Shown one piece after another: positions 35,217 to 45,470 of a stretch of DNA of 64,000 nucleotides (positions are counted from its first letter, which is position 1; each line of letters starts with the position of its first letter). The notes under the pieces were generated by a model, which saw nothing but the letters and a program-made list of their open reading frames with translations, ran no database searches and was not told where the DNA came from. A program made the translations under genes and the position numbers. Source of the DNA: Bryobacterales bacterium (GTDB lineage: Bacteria; Acidobacteriota; Terriglobia; Bryobacterales; UBA6623); NCBI GenBank assembly GCA_022823865.1, contig JAJEHF010000085.1:631-64630 (forward strand), in the 5' to 3' direction.

Positions 35217-36112
35217 ACTTTGCCGCCGGGCGCTGTGCGCCCCTGAGGCGGCATCACGTCAGCCCTAACGCCGAACTCGCGGGCTGGCCCGGCGTCGGAC
35301 AGGTAGCGGATAGCCCTTGGTTCCTGTATTAGGCCTTGCCTCGCTGCCAACCGCAGATACGTCTCCATCGCTTCGCGTTCGGCAGCACTGAGTTCGTAGC
35401 GAATGTGGCGCGTGAGATATTTCCGGACGAGACCTGCTTCGAATCCCAGCCGGCGGCTCTCCGCTGCCACGATCTCCTCGATCCGTGCGAGGCCGTGGGT
35501 GGCCGATCCCGCCAGCGCGGCCACCAATGCTGCCGGGTTCTCAACGGGCTTTGCGGCCCAAACAGCGAACACCATGGGAAGGCCGGTGAGAGCCTGCCAT
35601 TCTGCGCCGAGATCGTAAACATGAACCGGCTGGCCCCGCCAGTCGGACATTTCTGGGTCGAGCCTCAAGGCTGGATCTCCGATGATCAGGGCGGCATCGG
35701 CGGCTTGCAGCATCTTGTCGAGCTGCGGGGCATGGGGATGGACGGCGGGTCTCGTGCCGTGGAGTTCGAGAGCCAAGACCTGCGCCAAGACTACCGAGCT
35801 GCGAGACCCGCTATCGATCGCAATCGATTCGACATCGGCGAACTGCTTCTTGCAGACCAGGAGGATGCTCCGGACGGATCCGCGGCAGGCGATGCAGCCT
35901 CGCGGCGCGACCTCTAGATCGGGTTGCCGCGCCAATTCGATGGTCGGGACCAGCCCGGCGTCGACGTCGCCTGAGCGTAACTTCTCGGCGCAGTCGGCGG
36001 GCGTCGCGAATTCCAGTTCAACCAGCCGCCGTTGCGGACCGTGAGCCAGGCCCCAGACCAATGGCGCGGTGTTGAGATAGCTTACTGCGCAGACTCGTGG
36101 CGTAGCTGGCAT
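35213..36112 (-). CDS. mqnA: Chorismate dehydratase MqnA (futalosine pathway)
   Basis: RVCAVSYLNTAPLVWGL...LRSGDVDAGLVPTIEL matches the MqnA / periplasmic-binding-like fold family. Confidence 0.85.
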   Translation of the reverse strand: MPATPRVCAVSYLNTAPLVWGLAHGPQRRLVELEFATPADCAEKLRSGDVDAGLVPTIELARQPDLEVAPRGCIACRGSVRSILLVCKKQFADVESIAIDSGSRSSVVLAQVLALELHGTRPAVHPHAPQLDKMLQAADAALIIGDPALRLDPEMSDWRGQPVHVYDLGAEWQALTGLPMVFAVWAAKPVENPAALVAALAGSATHGLARIEEIVAAESRRLGFEAGLVRKYLTRHIRYELSAAEREAMETYLRLAARQGLIQEPRAIRYLSDAGPAREFGVRADVMPPQGRTAPGGKV

Positions 36113-36238
36113 AGGGGCCGATTGAGAGGAGCGATAGGCCTATGGTCCGTCCCACAATGGGGCCGTCAAGCACCGCCGTGCGCACTCAGGTAACCTACAA
36201 GGGTTACTTTCGCCATTGTAAGTAAGGTTAGTTCTGCC

Positions 36239-37231
36239 ATGAAATCGAGTTTCGGCCGCCTTGTGCTGGGGGCCCTGATCCTACTTGTTCCCACATTGTC
36301 CGCAGCGAGCACTTTCTCGCTCGACGCGCCCGTGCTGGGCTACGTGTTCGATCCGGAGACCGGCGAGCTTCGCCGCATGGACGGGTTCCCCGGAGCTTCC
36401 AGCTTGAGCGCTCCCATTGATCTCGGCTTCCCGATCATGCAGGCTGTTCTGGCACCGGACCAGAAGTCGGTGATCGTCCAAAACGACGAAGGTCGCATGC
36501 TCTGGGTCAACCTCGCTGTGACGCCGCCTGCAGCGACCGCCCTGGAAGACGCCATGGCCGCGGATGGGGCCATGTTTAGTCCGAGCGGCCGGCGCGCCGC
36601 TCTGTATTCGAGCGCCACCGGACGCCTTCAGCTGCTCGAAGTCGTGGATGGCAGGCCGCTGTTGGGTGACGAGGTCGACAGCCTCGAGAGCATCGGAGGC
36701 TGGAAGGGATTCGCGCTTAGCGATTCCGGCACTGTGCTGGCCGCTTCGATGGCCGAAGCCGGCGGGGCGCTGTACATGCTGAAGCCGGATCAGCTGCCGC
36801 AGCGCGTAGGTGGCATCGAGAGCTTGGGCGGCTTGGCATTCTTCTCGGGCAGCGATGATGCGGTGGTCGCTGATGCCGGTGCGAACGAAGTGTTGCTGCT
36901 GCGCTCGAGCTCCGGTTGGTGGCACGCCTCGTCAGTGGCGACAGTCGACGATTTCATCGAAAATCCTTTCTGGGTCCAGGTGACGGCCGATGGGCGCTTC
37001 GTCGCCGCGGCTGTTTCTGGCGGAGTTGCGTCAGTTCCGCTGGGCGGGGGCGTCGCGCAGTTTACTCCCTGCGCTTGCGCGCCGAGGGCGCTGGCACCGC
37101 TGGCGGGAGGGAACACCTTCTTGCTGACCGAGGACACGTCGTCGCCGTTGAAGGTCATCGAAGTGGGCGATCGCTCGCGGGTGTTGTTCGTGCCTGCGAT
37201 CCCGCAGGAGATCGAGGAGATTTCCAAGTAG
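36239..37231 (+). CDS. Secreted hypothetical protein (beta-propeller-like)
   Basis: Signal peptide LVLGALILLVPTLSAAS. No family recognised. Confidence 0.55.
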   Translation: MKSSFGRLVLGALILLVPTLSAASTFSLDAPVLGYVFDPETGELRRMDGFPGASSLSAPIDLGFPIMQAVLAPDQKSVIVQNDEGRMLWVNLAVTPPAATALEDAMAADGAMFSPSGRRAALYSSATGRLQLLEVVDGRPLLGDEVDSLESIGGWKGFALSDSGTVLAASMAEAGGALYMLKPDQLPQRVGGIESLGGLAFFSGSDDAVVADAGANEVLLLRSSSGWWHASSVATVDDFIENPFWVQVTADGRFVAAAVSGGVASVPLGGGVAQFTPCACAPRALAPLAGGNTFLLTEDTSSPLKVIEVGDRSRVLFVPAIPQEIEEISK

Positions 37232-37292
37232 CGCCGGACTCTCCGGCTGCCGGTCTGGAACCGCAGCCGGTCCGGCCCTTGAAACCAGACGT

Positions 37293-38090
37293 GTGCGGGA
37301 GCCGATGGGCCCTTACGCCAACCTTCTGGTAGATTGCGCCGACGGCATGGCGGTCCTCACCGTCAATCGGCCCGACAAGCTCAACGCGCTCAATGGCGAG
37401 ACGCTAGACGCACTCGGCGAGTTCTTCGCCGAAGCTGGGACGTCGGGCGATGTCTCGGCAGTGATAGTCACGGGCGCGGGAGAAAAGAGCTTCATCGCCG
37501 GAGCGGACATCGAAGAGGTTTCAGGCTTTACCCCGCTCGAGGGGCGGCAGTGGGGGCTTCGCGGGCAGGCGTTGTTGCACCAGATCGAATCGCTGGAGAA
37601 ACCGGTCATTGCTGCCATCAACGGCTTTGCCCTGGGCGGCGGGCTGGAATTGGCGATGGCTTGCCACGTCCGCGTGACATCGTCCAAAGCGCGGCTCGGC
37701 CAGCCGGAGCTCAAGCTGGGCATCGTGCCCGGCTTCGGCGGCACGCAGAGGCTTCCCAGGATCGTCGGCAAGGGGCTCGCGCTGGAGCTGCTACTGACCG
37801 GCGACCCTATCGACGCCCAACGCGCGCTGGAAATCGGCTTGGTCAATCGCGTCGTAGAGCCCGAGTGCCTGATGGCGGAGGCCAAGAGTCTTGCCGCGAG
37901 AATCCTGCGCAACGGGCCGCTGGCGATCAGCCTGACGCTGCAAGCGGTGAACCGGGGCATGGAAATGCCGCTGGCCGAGGCGTTGGAATGGGAAGTTGCC
38001 CAGTATGCGCTGAGCTGTGCCACCGAGGACGTCAAGGAAGGCACGCGGGCTTTCTTGGAGAAGCGCCCCCCGCGATTTCGCGGTCGCTAG
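37293..38090 (+). CDS. Enoyl-CoA hydratase (crotonase family)
   Basis: LTVNRPDKLNALN, TGAGEKSFIAGADI, INGFALGGGLELAMAC. An alternative ATG start lies at 37305. Confidence 0.9.
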   Translation: MREPMGPYANLLVDCADGMAVLTVNRPDKLNALNGETLDALGEFFAEAGTSGDVSAVIVTGAGEKSFIAGADIEEVSGFTPLEGRQWGLRGQALLHQIESLEKPVIAAINGFALGGGLELAMACHVRVTSSKARLGQPELKLGIVPGFGGTQRLPRIVGKGLALELLLTGDPIDAQRALEIGLVNRVVEPECLMAEAKSLAARILRNGPLAISLTLQAVNRGMEMPLAEALEWEVAQYALSCATEDVKEGTRAFLEKRPPRFRGR

Positions 38091-38102
38091 GCGCGTCGGC
38101 CG

Positions 38103-40268
38103 CTACCAGTTCGCGAGCTCGCTCGCCAGCCAGGCGTTCGACTCCTCCGAGTGGCACGCAAGGCAGGCGTTCGGGCTGTCCGAGCGGCCGAATTTCTCCG
38201 TCATGGCGGCATTGGGGATATCGTCGATGCGGTGCGTGCCCGCCATGAACATCATGCTGTTCATGATCGCCGGCATGTGGCAGGCCGCGCAGCGGCTGGC
38301 TTCTGAACCTACTGGGTGGCGGGTATGGGACTCGACACTCGCGGCCAGCGTCTGGTGGCACTGCAGGCACATCTGGTCTTGGTCGGCGCGGAATTTCAGC
38401 GAGGTGGGGTTGGTCTCGCTGTCGGCGGGATGAGGGTCGTGGCAGTGGCCGCAGTGCGCTTGGCCCTGGCGGAAGCACTGGGTGCGCATGAAGGCCTCCA
38501 CGATGAACGTGGTCTCGCGAAATCGGCCGTCCTTGTAGAACGCGTTGCGCGAGTATTCCTCGTACGGGCGCTGCAAGCGCTCGGTCATGAAGGCTACCTG
38601 CCGGCCCGAGTAGTTGAGCTCGCCCCGGGCGCCGGGCTGGATGACCCCTGATTGCATGTGGCACTGCGCGCACGCCGCGACGTAGGTGCGGTGGTCCAGA
38701 TCGTTGAACCGCAGCGGCGGTTCGTTCGCAGCGGCCGACACCTCGCGTCCCTGTTGCATCGCGTCGACGTGCGTTTGGGACGGGCCGTGGCACATCTCGC
38801 AGTTCACGCCGGTTTCCCGGAACGTCATGCGCTCGGGAGCGATCACCGATCCCTCCGCCTGCACCTGACTGGTGTGACACGCCGAGCAGTGGACTTGGTA
38901 GCTGGTCGCGGCCTTCATCTGGTGGAAGTTCCGCACTTTGGAGCGCTCTGACGACCCGTCGTCCAAGATCTCCCAGAAATTCACCCACTTGTCGTGCAGG
39001 CGGTTGTACTGGATGGGCACGACGTGAATGCGGCCGCTCGGCAGCCGCGTCGCGTACGCCTGCTGCCATTTCGAGCCGATCGTGTAGTCGACGCGGAAGC
39101 GCTTCTGGCGTGCGCCAGCGGGCAGTTCGAAGTAGTGGCGGCCGTCCTCGATCAGCATGCGCCCGAGCAACTCGCCGCTGGCGTCGCGGAATTCGTTGTT
39201 TTTGGAAAAGTCTCCGATGACGTTCTCCGGAGCATACGTGCGGAACATCTTGGCCATTCCGGTGCCGGACCAGGCCTCCGCCACCTCTTGGTGGCACGCG
39301 GCGCAGGACTCGCTGCCCGCATATGTTCCGGACTCGTCTCGGATCTCGCCGGGCGTTTCTTGGTTCCAGCGCGGATCGATCCGCAGCGGGCGAATGCCGG
39401 CCTGAAACTCTCCGAACGACTTGTTCGGAGAACCGCCGGATCGATGTATCTCTTGCAACTTGGCCAGCGCTCTGGACTGGGCCGGCCCCGGGGCTTGCGC
39501 GGCCTGGGCGAGGCTCGCAAGGGCCGCGTCCCGGTTGCCAAGCTCGTAATCGACAATGCCCAGCAGCAGCGTGGCGATGCCGTCGGAGCGGTTCAAAGCG
39601 ATCGCGGAGCGAAGCGAGCGTTGCGCGACAGAGAGTTGCTCGGCCCGGCGCTGCCCGCTCGAGCGCAAGCCCCGGGTCGCCGCCACGCGGCCGAGCACGT
39701 AGTGAGCCGATCCCTGCAATTCCCGCCGGATGCGCTCCCATTCGGCCTTCGAGTAGATGGAAGCATGCTGGAAGCGGCGCAGGTGCTCCAACGCGTCGGT
39801 CGCACTCACTTCTGCCTCGTCGAGCAGCCCGCCGTGCACTTGGACGTTGGCCAGAGTGACAAGCAGCGAGCCATTCTCGGGAAGGATTTCGAGGGACCGC
39901 TTGGCATGGTCCAGTCCGGCCTGCAGATCGTCCAAGGCCACGCACGCCTTGGCCGCCATCGAGTGCGCGAAGCTTGTCAGCCATGATTCCGGATACTTCC
40001 GCAAGAACTCCTCGGCCAGCTCTCGCTTGCGGCCCGGATCTTCAACTGCCTTCAATGCCACGAACGCATCGCGCTCTTCGGCGTCTTCGATCTTGTCGAT
40101 CATGGCCGGCTTGGCGGGATCTCCCGCGTACAGGACCAGGTCGAGATCTTGCCCGCGAGCGGGGAGTGCCGCGCCGCTGAGGAGCCACGACACGGCCGCC
40201 AGCAGAGCGAACCGAGGCAGGCACGGCGAGTGCCGTTTCGTCGCCGGCTTGATAGATCGATCCGTCAC
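38103..40268 (-). CDS. TPR-domain + multiheme (8 x CxxCH) c-type cytochrome, secreted
   Basis: Signal peptide, then about 290 aa of TPR-like helices. Heme sites: CAACH, CSACH, CEMCH, CAQCH, CGHCH, CLQCH, CAACH, CLACH. The GTG start overlaps the upstream TGA (AAGTGACGG). Confidence 0.85.
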   Translation of the reverse strand: MTDRSIKPATKRHSPCLPRFALLAAVSWLLSGAALPARGQDLDLVLYAGDPAKPAMIDKIEDAEERDAFVALKAVEDPGRKRELAEEFLRKYPESWLTSFAHSMAAKACVALDDLQAGLDHAKRSLEILPENGSLLVTLANVQVHGGLLDEAEVSATDALEHLRRFQHASIYSKAEWERIRRELQGSAHYVLGRVAATRGLRSSGQRRAEQLSVAQRSLRSAIALNRSDGIATLLLGIVDYELGNRDAALASLAQAAQAPGPAQSRALAKLQEIHRSGGSPNKSFGEFQAGIRPLRIDPRWNQETPGEIRDESGTYAGSESCAACHQEVAEAWSGTGMAKMFRTYAPENVIGDFSKNNEFRDASGELLGRMLIEDGRHYFELPAGARQKRFRVDYTIGSKWQQAYATRLPSGRIHVVPIQYNRLHDKWVNFWEILDDGSSERSKVRNFHQMKAATSYQVHCSACHTSQVQAEGSVIAPERMTFRETGVNCEMCHGPSQTHVDAMQQGREVSAAANEPPLRFNDLDHRTYVAACAQCHMQSGVIQPGARGELNYSGRQVAFMTERLQRPYEEYSRNAFYKDGRFRETTFIVEAFMRTQCFRQGQAHCGHCHDPHPADSETNPTSLKFRADQDQMCLQCHQTLAASVESHTRHPVGSEASRCAACHMPAIMNSMMFMAGTHRIDDIPNAAMTEKFGRSDSPNACLACHSEESNAWLASELANW

Positions 40269-41629
40269 TTGCTGTGCCGCGCCATCGGCGCGTCTACCTC
40301 CGCCAAGTAGTGGTCCAACTGCGCCGCCAGTTCCCGCGCCATCTCCGGCTTGTCAGCGCTGCGGTCTTTGGTTTCGCCAATATCGGCGCTGAGGTCGTAC
40401 AGGAACGTCTTGCCAGTCTCGTACAACTTGACGAGCTTCCAGTTGCCCGCGCGAATCGACGACATCGGCGTGGTGCCCTTCTGCACTTGGTAGTGCGGGA
40501 AGTGCCAGACCAGGCTGTCGAACCGGCGCGCAAGCGAACCGGCGCCTTCGTTCGACAGCAGGCTTCGCAGGCTGGCCCCCTCGATGAGCGGCGACAGTTC
40601 GGCTTGGACCTGCACCATGTCGGCGATCGTAGGGAATAGGTCGGTGCCCGTCACCGGCACCTGGCTCACGCTGCCAGGCGTGATCCCCGGCCCTCTGACG
40701 AGCAGCGGCACGCGGATCCCGCCTTCCCAGGTTGAGGCCTTTTGGCCGCGCAGTGGAGCGTTGCTGGATACCCTTGTCTGGCCCGCTTCGTGATACGAGC
40801 CGTTGTCGGAGGTGAAGATTACGTAGGTGTTGTCCGCAAGATCGAGGCTGTCGAGCGCGTCAAGAATCCGCCCGACGCCGGTGTCCAGCTCGTGGGTCAT
40901 CGCCGCGTGACCGGCATGGTTGTGCCGCTGGCCCTTGGGCTTGGCCTCGAATTCCGCGACTGTCTCGTCGAAGGCGAAGATGCCCAGATGCACGGCGTAG
41001 TAGGACACCTGCAGGAAGAATGGTTCCCCACTGCGGCTGCGGTGATCTAGGAAGTCCACGGCGCGGGTGGTGACGCTGACGGTGCGCTTGGGGTCCGGGG
41101 CGCGGGAGCCGCCTTCGCGATTGGACGTCGTGCCGCTGTGCTCGTCGTAGCCGTGCTGGCCCGGGCCGCCGCCTCCCAAATGCCATTTGCCAAAGTGCGC
41201 GGTGACATAGCCCGGACGGTGCCGCTTGATGAACTCGGCGATCGTGACCTCGGCGTGGGGAATGTGGTTGATGTGCTGCGGCGGGACCATCGGCAGGCCT
41301 TCGTAAAACGGCCCGCTGTTGCGGTTGATGATGTCGGTCATGCCGAGCTGGGTCGGTGTCTTGCCCGTTTGGATCGCCAGGCGCGTCGGAGAGCAGTTTG
41401 GGTGGGGCGCGTAAGCATCCGTGAAGCGCATGCCTTGGCTGGCGAGCCGTTCGAGCGCGGGCGTGCTGTGGTAGTCAGACTTTGAGTCCGGCCTGGCCGG
41501 GTCCATCAGCACCGAGGTGCCCACCCAGCTCATGTCGTCAGCGAGGATCAGCACGATATTCGGCTGGGCGCGCGCTTGCGCGGCCCACGCCAGGATGAAG
41601 ATGGCCGAGATTACGAGACGGAATTGCAT
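40265..41629 (-). CDS. Formylglycine-type sulfatase, Sec signal
   Basis: PNIVLILADDMSWV...PNCSPTRLAIQTGK (C-x-P-x-R), GKWHLG. Confidence 0.9.
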   Translation of the reverse strand: MQFRLVISAIFILAWAAQARAQPNIVLILADDMSWVGTSVLMDPARPDSKSDYHSTPALERLASQGMRFTDAYAPHPNCSPTRLAIQTGKTPTQLGMTDIINRNSGPFYEGLPMVPPQHINHIPHAEVTIAEFIKRHRPGYVTAHFGKWHLGGGGPGQHGYDEHSGTTSNREGGSRAPDPKRTVSVTTRAVDFLDHRSRSGEPFFLQVSYYAVHLGIFAFDETVAEFEAKPKGQRHNHAGHAAMTHELDTGVGRILDALDSLDLADNTYVIFTSDNGSYHEAGQTRVSSNAPLRGQKASTWEGGIRVPLLVRGPGITPGSVSQVPVTGTDLFPTIADMVQVQAELSPLIEGASLRSLLSNEGAGSLARRFDSLVWHFPHYQVQKGTTPMSSIRAGNWKLVKLYETGKTFLYDLSADIGETKDRSADKPEMARELAAQLDHYLAEVDAPMARHSK

Positions 41630-41833
41630 CGGATACGATTTTGGCGCAGGAGCGCGGTGTGTGACAAGGTCGAGTCGTGTGGGCGCTCGCCCCGGTCAAC
41701 TTCATCAACAGTCGAGACTTCGCTTCGGGTCGGCACTTGGCCGGCGATGGGTGAGGACCCGAGGACGACCACAACGCGATCTGGAAGGAAAGTAGAGGGA
41801 ACTTGCCAGATACTCTAGCCCTGCCCGACAGCC

Positions 41834-42838
41834 TTACCGCACGCTCCATTCGCTCGCGGCGCTGTCCAGAAATGCGTCGATCCGTTTCGCCAATGCAGCG
41901 CTCTTCTCGACGTGACGGACGTAATAGATCAGCGACGAAACCGCTGCTCGCTGCTTCAGGGGGTGCCAGAGGGCGACACTCCGTCGCATGTCAGAAATGT
42001 CAAGAGAGCGCACTCCAAGGAGTTCAAGCCGCTCTCGCACACCTTCGTTGAAACCCAACGCCGCGACGATCCCCAGAGCCGCCCTCCGACCCGTCTCGTT
42101 GGCGAACGCTTCGAGCTTCGCGATATCGTCATCTGAGAGGACGTACTGCTTAACCTCCACAGACACAGCCAGATGGGCACCCTCCCAGCCATCGATGTCA
42201 CCAACTCGCTGGAGGCGTTTCGAACCTGTGCGCACCTTCTCAATTTCCATCTGAAGGTAGGGGTCATCAGCGCGCAGAAAGCCGAACACGATGCCTTGGA
42301 AGGCTGCACCGGTCCGCTCCCCCTTGTGTTTGCTCAGGTCAAATTCCTCAAGCAGCAGCCGAAAGAGGGGTGGCTCGATCTTGACGGAAGCAGGGTCGAA
42401 TTCATGGCTCTCGAGTTCTTCGAGTACGAATTCACAAATCCGTGCCCGCAGCGCAGCAAGATCCTCTGCTTGAAACGTGACGAGCGCATCGAGCCAAGGG
42501 GTGTAGTCAGACCAAGCCTGTGTTGCGTGAGGGGCGCAGCTCGGATAGTCGAATCGCTTTTTCTCGGCGCGAAAATAGCGCTCGGCTCTGTCGTAAAACG
42601 GCCTGATGCTGAGAGTCTGTCCGCTTCCCCGGTCGACGATGAGAGTGTTGGCCCGCGTACCAGCGGCTGTCGTCGTCTGGCGCTTGAAGCGGATCAGGAA
42701 GCCCTCAAACGAGGAGAGACCGAGAACCGGCACATCGAGCTCGACCAAGAAATCGATGAATGCAAGCAGCAGGCCTGCAGTGAACTTGCGGGACCGGAAG
42801 GACGACCGGAATTCGTCGAAGACCTCACTCGGCGTCAT
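41834..42838 (-). CDS. Putative type II restriction endonuclease (PD-(D/E)xK)
   Basis: Lies 12 nt downstream of a DNA methyltransferase. VGDIDGWEGAHLAVSVEVKQY fits D...E-x-K. No named family recognised. Confidence 0.55.
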   Translation of the reverse strand: MTPSEVFDEFRSSFRSRKFTAGLLLAFIDFLVELDVPVLGLSSFEGFLIRFKRQTTTAAGTRANTLIVDRGSGQTLSIRPFYDRAERYFRAEKKRFDYPSCAPHATQAWSDYTPWLDALVTFQAEDLAALRARICEFVLEELESHEFDPASVKIEPPLFRLLLEEFDLSKHKGERTGAAFQGIVFGFLRADDPYLQMEIEKVRTGSKRLQRVGDIDGWEGAHLAVSVEVKQYVLSDDDIAKLEAFANETGRRAALGIVAALGFNEGVRERLELLGVRSLDISDMRRSVALWHPLKQRAAVSSLIYYVRHVEKSAALAKRIDAFLDSAASEWSVR

Positions 42839-42849
42839 GGTCGGCGAGG

Positions 42850-44097
42850 TTATAGCGCCGCGAGCTGCTTAAACGATCCGCGAGCGAGTTCAAAGTATTC
42901 CAAGTCGTGGTCTGTACCAACGGAGCGATAGCCCACCGCCTCGGCTGCGGCCAGGGTTGATCCGCTGCCGGCAAACGGGTCGTAGACGATTCCGATGCCG
43001 AGAGGCAGCGAAGCTCGCACGATCTTCCGCAAGAACCTCTGGGGCTTGAGCGACGGATGCGGGGCGATTCGCTTCTCTTCGCCGCGCGTTGGAGAACATC
43101 GGATCACGTCCTTGAAGGGCGTGTCAGGCGAGATCCGCCGAAGTCCTGCCGCCCCCCACTGTCGCAGGTTGTGGGCGACTGTTCCCTCAAACGGTTTTCG
43201 GAAGATCCCCCACGGTTCCCAGCACGACCGAGGCATGACCGATACATCATCAAATTCATCTTCCGCCCCTTTCGGCCGGTCTCCGCCCCGCAGGGTCTGA
43301 ACTTGGCGGATGATCTCGCCCCGCTTTTCGAATCCCGCCTGCTGGATCGCGTGAAAGGTCACCGTCGACAGAAGAGGGTTAGAGGCTAAGAAAAGATGTC
43401 CACCGGGTACAAGGATACGGAGCGCTCCAAATGCGAACGCGCCGAAGAAGCTGTGTAATTGAGCGATTTCGTCGTCTGACAGGACCGTAAAGCGGGGCAG
43501 CGGCCGTCGGTTGGAACCGTCAAAGGAGGGTGGGATCCTCCACACACCACCATGCCCGCTCTGTTTCTTCCGAAGGTTCTCGCGACTATACTCCACCAAT
43601 CCGTACGGTGGGTCAGTCACGATAGCTTGCACTGAAGATGCAGGTGCTTCCGAGAGCCAGTGGATTGCGTCATCAAGCACGAAGACGGCACGGTCGGAGA
43701 GATTGCAGCGGAGCTGGTCTCCATGCGCGGCAAGCCGCGCCCAGTTCCCTTCGATCTCGTGTTCTAGTTGATCTCGCCACGTCCGACCTCGGACAGACCG
43801 CGCGTCGTCCGCGTCGCGGTTGCCAACTGGCCGCTGCCGACCGAGTTCCGATTGGGCAGTACTCGCCAACTCAGTCTCGACCGGTTCAGACTGCTCGATT
43901 TTAGGCACCGCAGAGCGATCCGAGTCAGATACGGTCTCTACCGTCCGGGAATTCGAGACGGCCATAGGAAATTCATTGTATTCCGTAAGTGCGGGTAGCT
44001 GCCCAACCAATCCTCGATGGCCCAGCACGCTTGAACGTTCTGGTGCGGGGACGGCGAAGGGCGGCAGGGTCTCTGGATCGTTTGAGTTCCAGACCAA
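42850..44097 (-). CDS. Beta-class N6-adenine/N4-cytosine DNA methyltransferase (N-4/N-6 MTase family)
   Basis: IVTDPPYG (motif IV) precedes VYDPFAGSGSTLAAA (motif I). The roughly 130-aa N-terminus is unassigned, so the true start may be internal. Confidence 0.85.
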   Translation of the reverse strand: MVWNSNDPETLPPFAVPAPERSSVLGHRGLVGQLPALTEYNEFPMAVSNSRTVETVSDSDRSAVPKIEQSEPVETELASTAQSELGRQRPVGNRDADDARSVRGRTWRDQLEHEIEGNWARLAAHGDQLRCNLSDRAVFVLDDAIHWLSEAPASSVQAIVTDPPYGLVEYSRENLRKKQSGHGGVWRIPPSFDGSNRRPLPRFTVLSDDEIAQLHSFFGAFAFGALRILVPGGHLFLASNPLLSTVTFHAIQQAGFEKRGEIIRQVQTLRGGDRPKGAEDEFDDVSVMPRSCWEPWGIFRKPFEGTVAHNLRQWGAAGLRRISPDTPFKDVIRCSPTRGEEKRIAPHPSLKPQRFLRKIVRASLPLGIGIVYDPFAGSGSTLAAAEAVGYRSVGTDHDLEYFELARGSFKQLAAL

Positions 44098-44147
44098 AGC
44101 GATGACCTCGTGACAAGTGTGCGGATCAGGCGCTGATACGATGAGAT

Positions 44148-45470
44148 TTGCCTGCCGTGGCCCCGTACTTATCGTGCTTCTCGCCCACTTGCGGCAGGCG
44201 CTATGGGCTGAGCGAGATCGTTTACTCCTGCGGGGATTGCGGGAGCTTGCTGGAGGTCGTCAACTCATTTGAAGACACGCAGGCCCAGCAGTTGAAATCA
44301 CTCTGGCAGCGGCGCAGGACCAGCCTTGACCCGCTAGACGTGAGCGGGGTCTGGCGTTTCCGGGAGATGCTGCCGTTCGTCACCGACACGGCCCGGATCG
44401 TCACCCTGCCGGAAGGCAACACGCCGCTGTTCGACGCCCCGCGAGCCGCGCGATACGCGGGGCTTGAAGGCTTGCAGTTCAAGCACCAGGGCTACAACCC
44501 GACCGCGTCCTTCAAGGACAACGGCATGACCGCGGGGGTAACGCAGGCCGCGATCTTGGGCATGCGACGCGTGGCCTGCGTCTCGACCGGCAACACTTCG
44601 GCTTCGCTCGCCGCCTACGCGGCAGCCAGCGGCATGCAGGCGGTGATCTTCCTGCCCGCGGGCAACATCGCTTACGGCAAGCTGGCACAGGCGTTGGAGT
44701 ACGGCGCTCTCACCATTCAAGTGGAGGCCAACTTCGACCAGATTCTGGGCTTGGTCCGGGAGCTTGCAGCCGATCTCGGCATCTATCTGCTCAATTCGGT
44801 GAACCCGTTCCGCATCGAGGGCCAGAAGTCGATCGTCATCGAGATGCTCGAACAGCGCGGCTGGCGGGTGCCGGACTGGATCGTGTTGCCCGGCGGCAAC
44901 TTGGGCAATATCAGCGCCTTGGGAAAGGGCTTGCGCGAGCTGCACGCCGCCGGCTTGATCGACGCCCTTCCGCGCGTGGCGGTGGTGCAAGCCGCTGGCT
45001 CGGCCCCGTTCGAGCGATTGTTTCGCGACGGCGGGGTGCTCCGGGCCGTGCGCGAGCCCGAAACGCTGGCAACCGCGATCCGCATCGGCGATCCGGTGTC
45101 TTGGCGCAAAGCGGAATCTGAAGTCAAGGCGCTTTCGGGTGTCGTGGAGTCTGTCACGGAACAGGAAATCGCCGACGCCAAGGCTGTGATCGGCCGCTGC
45201 GGGATCGGCTCGGAGCCGGCCTCGGCCGCAACTCTGGCCGGGATCCGAAAGCTGGTGCGAGCCGGCACGATCAAGCCGGACGCAGATGTGTCAGCCATCC
45301 TGACCGGACACCTGCTGAAAGATCCGGATTATGTGTACCACTACCACTCGGGGCAGTTGAAGACTCCCTCGGGCGAGCCGATCCAGTCTACGTTTGGGAA
45401 CGCCCCCGTGACGGTGCCGAACGATCGGGCAGAGATCAAGGACCTGCTGCAGCGGTCGGCGGATCAGTGA
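44148..45470 (+). CDS. thrC: Threonine synthase
   Basis: N-terminal Zn-ribbon-like CGRRYGLSEIVYSCGDCG, the PLP lysine motif NPTASFKDNGMT, and STGNTSASLAAYAA. Confidence 0.93.
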   Translation: MPAVAPYLSCFSPTCGRRYGLSEIVYSCGDCGSLLEVVNSFEDTQAQQLKSLWQRRRTSLDPLDVSGVWRFREMLPFVTDTARIVTLPEGNTPLFDAPRAARYAGLEGLQFKHQGYNPTASFKDNGMTAGVTQAAILGMRRVACVSTGNTSASLAAYAAASGMQAVIFLPAGNIAYGKLAQALEYGALTIQVEANFDQILGLVRELAADLGIYLLNSVNPFRIEGQKSIVIEMLEQRGWRVPDWIVLPGGNLGNISALGKGLRELHAAGLIDALPRVAVVQAAGSAPFERLFRDGGVLRAVREPETLATAIRIGDPVSWRKAESEVKALSGVVESVTEQEIADAKAVIGRCGIGSEPASAATLAGIRKLVRAGTIKPDADVSAILTGHLLKDPDYVYHYHSGQLKTPSGEPIQSTFGNAPVTVPNDRAEIKDLLQRSADQ

